A stretch of 64,000 nt of DNA, from contig CAWFGO010000001.1 in the NCBI GenBank assembly GCA_963815455.1, forward strand, positions 693,258 through 757,257, written 5' to 3'. The stretch's first letter is position 1. Each line of letters begins with the position of its first letter. The DNA is from an uncultured Verrucomicrobiae bacterium (GTDB lineage Bacteria > Verrucomicrobiota > Verrucomicrobiia > Chthoniobacterales > UBA10450). Below are positions 58,856 to 64,000 of the stretch, one piece after another. The notes below the pieces were generated by a model. The model was given only the letters and a program-made list of their open reading frames with translations. It was not told where the DNA came from and searched no databases. The translations under genes were made by a program, and so were the position numbers.

Positions 58856-59368
58856 TTACTTCGATACCGTCTCGTGGTGAAGGTCTTGCTTTAGGTAATC
58901 GAGAACGTCCTTAAAACGAAACAGGTTCTCCGGGGCAGCCTCGCACAACGCCTCGTGCGCCTCTAACATGGTGCGCGCCTGCTCGCGTTTTTGGTTTTCG
59001 CGCTCCCCGTCCAGCGGACTCTTGAGCGATTCGCATTCGGGCGCCTTGTCGCCGTCGGAATGAATATTGAATAACTGGTCCAGACCGAGACCGGAGAGAA
59101 GCTCGCTGCTGCGTTCTCCGCAATGAATCACATGCAGATGCCCGCGACCCAGCTCCTTCAAACGCAAAGCCACTCCCGCCATTGTGCCCATGAAAGTGGA
59201 ATCCATCATGGCGCAGTTGGCCAGGTCGATAACGAATTCTCGATAACCGCGATCCATCATTTCGCGGGCAAACTCCTTCAAGTTCCCGCTATTGAGGAAA
59301 CTCCCCTTACCCTGGACCCTGACCCAAACGGTGGGACCATTTACCCCTACTTGAATCGATGACTCCAC
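58856..59368 (-). CDS. STAS-domain protein (anti-sigma-factor-antagonist-like) with a C-terminal extension
   Basis: GTG start. STAS pattern (VWVRVQGKGSFLNSGNLKEF...EFVIDLANCAMMDSTFMGTMAG...). Lies 14 nt upstream of the PP2C gene. Confidence 0.7.
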   Translation of the reverse strand: MESSIQVGVNGPTVWVRVQGKGSFLNSGNLKEFAREMMDRGYREFVIDLANCAMMDSTFMGTMAGVALRLKELGRGHLHVIHCGERSSELLSGLGLDQLFNIHSDGDKAPECESLKSPLDGERENQKREQARTMLEAHEALCEAAPENLFRFKDVLDYLKQDLHHETVSK

Positions 59369-59480
59369 GATTAATCTTCACTAAGGATACAGGAGCCAGC
59401 GGCGGACTGTCAAACCTTGGCGCTCCGCAGAGGCAATCCCTTCGAGGAACTCGCCTTGCCACCCTCGCCGCCGCGGCGGT

Positions 59481-60077
59481 TCATTCCCACAAATACGAGC
59501 GATTCTCCGCCACAATCGCGCCGTTCTCGATCAACAAACAGCGCCACGCGATCACGCGCCCGTCGTCAAAGTAGTCGTCACCGACGACTTTGAATTCCGT
59601 CTTGTGCGTGCCCCGCGCGCCGGCGTAGGAAATTTCCTGGGCCTGGACGTGGGAATGCAGTTTCTCCTGCCGATACTCGAGGCGCACGGTGACGTCGGCC
59701 GGCCGCCTGGATCGCCAAAAAAAATCGAAGTAATGACCGAACCGCTGGTGCCGATCCAAGGCCGTGACCGCGCCAAAGAGACGATACTGCCGCTCGAACC
59801 GGATCGACGCCTCCTGCACAGTGGACGATTTCGATGAAGGTGAATTCTTTCCAAGTTTGCCGGCCTTCGCCGATGTTGCGTTGCTATTATTTCCTTGCGG
59901 GTCGGTGTGCTCATCGGTCTCGCTCAGGAAAAAGAGTTTGGCTTTTCGGAACTGGAAATCTTTGCTCAGCGCCATTGGCAGCGGCGTCACCTTCGTGAGC
60001 ACCTTCGGCTCACCCGCAGCCCGAGCCAGACTGCTGGTGAAAATGACCATGCCCAGCAATGCCGCCACAAATTTCAT
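59481..60077 (-). CDS. Hypothetical secreted protein
   Basis: ATG start and a signal peptide (MKFVAALLGMVIFTSSLARA). No family recognised. Confidence 0.55.
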   Translation of the reverse strand: MKFVAALLGMVIFTSSLARAAGEPKVLTKVTPLPMALSKDFQFRKAKLFFLSETDEHTDPQGNNSNATSAKAGKLGKNSPSSKSSTVQEASIRFERQYRLFGAVTALDRHQRFGHYFDFFWRSRRPADVTVRLEYRQEKLHSHVQAQEISYAGARGTHKTEFKVVGDDYFDDGRVIAWRCLLIENGAIVAENRSYLWE

Positions 60078-60177
60078 TCCGATAATGAAACCGGCTCAGG
60101 CCCGGCATGTCAACATGGCTCCCGTAGACCGCATGAGATCTGTTTCATTCGCTTCATTTCGCGGGTAAATTTTCGGC

Positions 60178-61209
60178 ATGATCGATGTTCGTTATGAACG
60201 CGGCGTTTATTTACCCCGGCAAGATCTCTGGCTCGATCCGCGGGAGGCAAAGCATTTCGCCTTTGTTTCGCACGCACATGGCGACCATATCGCGCGGCAT
60301 GGAGAAATCATTGTCTCGGGACGAACCGCGGGATTGATGCAAGCCCGGCTCCCCGGCGAGCGGATCGAGCACGTGCTCCCGTTTGATGAAACCCAGACCG
60401 TGCGCGATGTCGATGTTACACTCCTCCCGGCGGGTCACATTTTCGGGTCGGCCCAAATTTTTCTCGAAGCAGACGGGGACACGCTGCTTTACACCGGCGA
60501 TTTCAAGGTGCGACCCGGGAAATCGGCCGAACCGGTGGAATGGCGCCAGGCCGATACGCTCATCATGGAAACCACTTTTGGCCGGCCGCGCTACATTTTT
60601 CCGCCGGCCGAACAGGTGATCGGCCAAATCGTAGCATTCTGCCGCGAAACGCTCGATGAGGACGGGGTGCCGGTACTGCTCGGTTATTCGCTGGGCAAAG
60701 CGCAGGAAATTCTGTGCTCGCTCGATGGCGCCGGACTCACCCCGATGTTGCACGGCTCGGTTTATGAGATGACGCGCATTTACGAGCAATTCGGCCAGAC
60801 GTTTTGCAAATATCTTCGTTACAAAGCCGGCGATGTTACCGGGAAGGTTCTTATCTGCCCGCCGAGCGCAAAAGGTTCGCGCATGCTGCAAGAGATTCCG
60901 CGCAAGCGCGTGGCCATGATCAGCGGCTGGGCGATTGATCCGAGCGCCGTTTACCGTTACCAGGTGGACGCGGTGTTTCCGCTTTCCGATCACGCCGATT
61001 ACAACGATCTGCTTGCCTATGCCGATCTTGTCCGGCCTAAACGCGTATTCACACTCCACGGTTTCGCGGCCGAGTTTGCGCGGGACCTGCGCGAGCGCGG
61101 GATCGAAGCCTGGGCGTTAAATGCCGAGAACCAGATGGATCTCGGGCTTCAGTGGAATACCGAGGCAACTCGCGTTGTAGCCGCGGGCGCCGACCCCGGA
61201 CACCAATAA
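60178..61209 (+). CDS. MBL-fold exonuclease of the 'DNA-ligase-associated' type
   Basis: VSHAHGDHI, LLPAGHIFGSAQ, YTGDFK, ETTFG and GYSLGKAQE. The order and spacing match my memory of ligase-associated DNA-damage-response exonucleases (TIGR04122-like). Not verified. Confidence 0.7.
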   Translation: MIDVRYERGVYLPRQDLWLDPREAKHFAFVSHAHGDHIARHGEIIVSGRTAGLMQARLPGERIEHVLPFDETQTVRDVDVTLLPAGHIFGSAQIFLEADGDTLLYTGDFKVRPGKSAEPVEWRQADTLIMETTFGRPRYIFPPAEQVIGQIVAFCRETLDEDGVPVLLGYSLGKAQEILCSLDGAGLTPMLHGSVYEMTRIYEQFGQTFCKYLRYKAGDVTGKVLICPPSAKGSRMLQEIPRKRVAMISGWAIDPSAVYRYQVDAVFPLSDHADYNDLLAYADLVRPKRVFTLHGFAAEFARDLRERGIEAWALNAENQMDLGLQWNTEATRVVAAGADPGHQ

Positions 61210-61228
61210 TCTGATCAAACCCTAGTGC

Positions 61229-61249
61229 GCCGAGGTCAACGCCCTCGGC
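61229..61249. terminator. Hairpin between convergent genes (weak terminator candidate)
   Basis: gccgagg-tcaacgc-cctcggc (7-bp stem) lies between the stops at 61209 (+) and 61255 (-). There is no clear U-tract. Confidence 0.3.
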
Positions 61250-61254
61250 TACAA

Positions 61255-62964
61255 TTACAACTCCGCCGGCGTAGGCGTCTGCGAAGGGCTCTCGCCGGGG
61301 TGACGTCGCTCTTTTTTCTCAGCTTTTTTTTCGGCCTTTTTCTCCTTCTTCTCTGCCTTCTTGTCTTTCTTCTCGTTTTCCTTTTGGTCCCGCGGTTCCA
61401 CTGGCGCAGTCGCAGGTGAGGGCGAGCCTTCCGTGCTTGGCATCGGCTTGGTCTTTCTCGGTTCGATTTGCTGCGCAACCGATTTGCGGCCTAAATTTTT
61501 CTTTTCGCCTTTTTGAGGAAACACCGGTTTTTCGAAATTTCGTGGCGAATTTGCCGGAAGCGGCGAGGAGTCCGGAGCGACCACCTCGTTTACGGTCGGC
61601 GTCGGCGTTGCGGTTCCAAGCGGAGTCGGTGATAACGAGACGCCCGAATCAGATGTCTGAGTTGGAGCATTTCTCCGGCCTTGTCTTGCATCCGACCGAA
61701 TCGAAGCTCGCTCATCCGGGATCGGCGCACTGGTAGCGGCAGATTCGGCTGGCGACGCAATCGGAGCGGATGTCGATGCTGTTTCCAACGCATTAGGTTC
61801 GGCCGGCGCCTGGACAGGCTTAACAAAAGTCCTGGGCGGGGCATCGGGCGGCGGTGTGGATTCGGATTTGATCTTTGCCCGCGCTTTTTCGGCGGCTTGT
61901 GAATCTGTGACCGCTTGCCAGCCGCGATCCGCAGTTGCCCCGGTAACCGATTCCTTGATACGTCTTGGACGTTCCGCCGGCTGGGGTTTGTCGATCACGG
62001 GAGCAGATATCTCGATCACTTCGCCCCGGACAACCGGACCCGAATTCTCATCAGCTGCATTCACCGCCGTGCGTCGTTCGATCCGCAAGTGTTCGATCGG
62101 CTGCTGCGTGCGCTTCTGCAATTCGTAATAATCGGGACCCTGGTTAACGATCCTGGTGTTGCTGTAAGTAATGTTGGTTACGTTCGTCGTTTGGTTGACG
62201 ATGGTGACGTTGCGCTCGGACGAAACAATCGTGGGAGAAACATGCTGGGCGCCAAATTGACGGGTCTCCACGAAACAATATTGGTCCGGCCCGACGTCGT
62301 AATAATTATCGGACCAATTACGAATACCGGCGCGCCGATCGAATCGCGCTTCGGGCGGAAGCGGAGCCCAGCCGACGTAATCGTTGCCTTTGCGCCATGA
62401 GACCCATGCGGGCGCCCATTCGTCACCGGGAACCCAGACCCATCCAATATGGCGCAATCGCGTCCAGCGTCCGTAATGATACGCGGCCCAACCAAACGGC
62501 TCCTCCGAAACCCACATCCAGCCTACATCGGTGTAGACCCAGCGCCCATTGGTATAAGGGCGCCAATCGCGAGAACGCTGCGCCACGTCCGGCTGCCACA
62601 CATAACCGTAATCGGACGTTTCACGCCAGACGCCATATGGATCGAGCTTGGTGTAAAAAGTCGAATATGAAGCAGTCGGACGATTGTCAGGCAGGCCGCT
62701 AATTCGAGGGATGGTAGGCCTGGCCGGCGGGTGCGACGGTTCAGCATCGGCCGTTTCTTTCTCCGCCAAAGCTTTCTCGCGCTCGGTGAGATCAGCTTCT
62801 TTTTGCGCGAGCTCTTGCTGCTGCTGGTTCTGACGCTCGACGGCGAGGCGTTCCTCCACCCGGCGATTGATCTCGGCGGTTCGTTCTTCGTCGGTCTGCG
62901 GTTTCTGGCAAGACGAGAATGCTACCAGAGCCATCACCGCCGGAATCGCGCAAAATTTGTTCAT
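61255..62964 (-). CDS. Hypothetical secreted/lipoprotein with a Trp-rich repeat domain, a Pro/Ser/Thr-rich spacer and a Lys/Glu-rich tail
   Basis: Signal plus Cys (MNKFCAIPAVMALVAFSSC). A coiled-coil segment, then W-rich repeats (GRWVYTDVGWMWVSEEPFGWAAYHYGRWTRLRHIGWVWVPGDEWAPAWVSW). C-terminus KKDKKAEKKEKKAEKKAEKKERR. Confidence 0.7.
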   Translation of the reverse strand: MNKFCAIPAVMALVAFSSCQKPQTDEERTAEINRRVEERLAVERQNQQQQELAQKEADLTEREKALAEKETADAEPSHPPARPTIPRISGLPDNRPTASYSTFYTKLDPYGVWRETSDYGYVWQPDVAQRSRDWRPYTNGRWVYTDVGWMWVSEEPFGWAAYHYGRWTRLRHIGWVWVPGDEWAPAWVSWRKGNDYVGWAPLPPEARFDRRAGIRNWSDNYYDVGPDQYCFVETRQFGAQHVSPTIVSSERNVTIVNQTTNVTNITYSNTRIVNQGPDYYELQKRTQQPIEHLRIERRTAVNAADENSGPVVRGEVIEISAPVIDKPQPAERPRRIKESVTGATADRGWQAVTDSQAAEKARAKIKSESTPPPDAPPRTFVKPVQAPAEPNALETASTSAPIASPAESAATSAPIPDERASIRSDARQGRRNAPTQTSDSGVSLSPTPLGTATPTPTVNEVVAPDSSPLPANSPRNFEKPVFPQKGEKKNLGRKSVAQQIEPRKTKPMPSTEGSPSPATAPVEPRDQKENEKKDKKAEKKEKKAEKKAEKKERRHPGESPSQTPTPAEL

Positions 62965-63003
62965 AACTGGGTTAGACCGCGATCGCAGTGCAATATTCGA
63001 ATT

Positions 63004-63198
63004 TTACGGAACGCTCGCGGTTGGTGAAGCCGCAGGCGTTGTAGTGGTGGATTCGATCTTGTCGCGGCGGAATCGCTGCACATTCGCGTAAAGCGAAACC
63101 AGGGCAAACGCCACGACGATAACGAGCATGATCACCAGCGCGACGCGGGGAACTTGCGATGCAGGAGGTCTTTCTGCCTGCGGCTCCGACGAAATCAT
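63004..63198 (-). CDS. Hypothetical small single-TM protein
   Basis: The ATG overlaps the plsC stop (ATGA at 63195-63198). TM helix VALVIMLVIVVAFALVSLY. Confidence 0.4.
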   Translation of the reverse strand: MISSEPQAERPPASQVPRVALVIMLVIVVAFALVSLYANVQRFRRDKIESTTTTPAASPTASVP

Positions 63199-63839
63199 GA
63201 CCCAATATTGCTTCGATCCGGCGATTGTTCCAACTGCAGCGCCGCGATCGCGTCCATGACTCGCTGGCTAAGTTGCGCGTAAAGATCTTTCGCGTCGGAT
63301 TCGACATCCGCCTCGGTAAACAAAATCGGCTGGCCGACCACGATAGTAATTCTGCGCCACAAATGAATTTTTCCGTCAATGGGCCAGGCATCGAACGCAC
63401 CGAATATCCGCATCGGCACAACCGGTGCCTGCGTTTTGGCAATGACGAGACCGACTCCCGGAAGCGCAGGCTGCAAATTTCCATCGGGCGTGCGCGAACC
63501 TTCCGGAAAAACCAGAGCGCAGTCGCCCGCTCGCAGAATTCGAATCAATGCTTTCAACGCGCTCCGATCGTTTCCTCCCAGATCGACTGGGATCACGTTG
63601 AGCTTGGGCAAAAGCCAGCCGAGGATCGGCACTTTCATCAAGGATTTTTTCGCGAGAAAGTAAATGGCGCGGTTACAAGCGTTTCCGGCCAGCGGTGGAT
63701 CGAAAAAGCTTTGGTGATTCATGGCAAGAATCACCGGCCCGCCTTGAATCACGCGCTCTCGATGAACGATTCGGAAACTAAAAAACAACCGGGCAAGAAG
63801 ACGGGAGAAATGATAGCCGATCCAATAGTAGAAATTCAT
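63195..63839 (-). CDS. plsC: 1-acyl-sn-glycerol-3-phosphate acyltransferase
   Basis: Acyltransferase motifs NHQSFFDP (HxxxxD) and FPEGSRT. Confidence 0.85.
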   Translation of the reverse strand: MNFYYWIGYHFSRLLARLFFSFRIVHRERVIQGGPVILAMNHQSFFDPPLAGNACNRAIYFLAKKSLMKVPILGWLLPKLNVIPVDLGGNDRSALKALIRILRAGDCALVFPEGSRTPDGNLQPALPGVGLVIAKTQAPVVPMRIFGAFDAWPIDGKIHLWRRITIVVGQPILFTEADVESDAKDLYAQLSQRVMDAIAALQLEQSPDRSNIGS

Positions 63840-64000
63840 CCGGCCACGCCTTCCAGACCCTTGAGCTTAAGGCGGCCGATGATCTCACCCACAACGCCTT
63901 CGATCGTCAGATTGGAGCTATCGATTACATGGGCGTCTTCGGAAATGATGAGGGGCGAGGCGCGTCGCGAGGAATCGACACGGTCGCGCGCGGCAATTTC
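63836..64000 (-). CDS. cmk: Cytidylate kinase, C-terminal fragment (runs off the window)
   Basis: My hand translation of the minus strand from 64000 gives EIAARDRVDSSRRASPLIISEDAHVIDSSNLTIEGVVGEIIGRLKLKGLEGVAG*. This matches the Cmk C-terminal pattern (RD..D..R..aPL....DA..iDss.lsie.V). The stop overlaps the plsC ATG. Confidence 0.6.
   Translation of the reverse strand, partial: EIAARDRVDSSRRASPLIISEDAHVIDSSNLTIEGVVGEIIGRLKLKGLEGVAG

Noticed and set aside
61290-61410. Repetitive tract considered as a CRISPR or tandem-repeat array
   Set aside because: It is an irregular polypyrimidine/polypurine low-complexity tract that encodes the K/E-rich tail of the 61255..62964 protein. It has no repeat-spacer periodicity.

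Overview
Chromosomal, mostly housekeeping 64-kb window from a moderately GC-rich bacterium. The giant Asp-box/dockerin exoproteins, an HTTM protein and short GC-rich intergenic repeats suggest a soil Verrucomicrobiota/PVC-like genome, but that is inference only. I can support about 60 genes and two tRNAs, Lys-CTT and Leu-CAG.

Gene content, roughly in order:
- Start of window: GT2 glycosyltransferase, a YdeP/FdhF-type molybdoenzyme, an rpmH too short for the ORF track, a GNAT, and aminopeptidase N.
- Then an ECF sigma/anti-sigma operon, rlmN, a fatty-acid desaturase, and prs-rplY-pth-rpsF-ssb-dprA.
- Signalling and surface: a CHASE3 kinase / receiver / hybrid kinase relay and three very large secreted Asp-box or beta-propeller proteins.
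- Middle: Zn-ADH, adenosine deaminase, a beta-CASP nuclease, pcm, an HTTM (gamma-carboxylase-like) membrane protein, thrS, a 1134-aa orphan, and cupins.
- End of window: an alpha/beta-hydrolase lipoprotein, recQ, a STAS-PP2C-grpE-dnaJ operon, a ligase-associated-type exonuclease, plsC and a partial cmk.

I see no rRNA, CRISPR, transposase, integrase, phage or recognisable defence genes.

Most notable observations:
1. thrS is split by a compositionally distinct 288-nt segment bounded by a 7-nt direct repeat. Removing it restores a canonical ThrRS core. Three further single-base frame breaks lie nearby.
2. At least six other genes are frame-broken: rlmN, a lipoprotein, an Mpv17-like membrane protein, a HAD hydrolase, dprA and recQ. 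Two of these breaks fall on the identical octamer GCCCTTTG. Assembly indels are the most economical explanation, but they need read-level checking.
3. There are three families of short interspersed intergenic repeats.
4. A partner-switching pair is translationally coupled to grpE-dnaJ.

I did not find a convincing new multi-gene system. The candidates are flagged below with honest interest scores.
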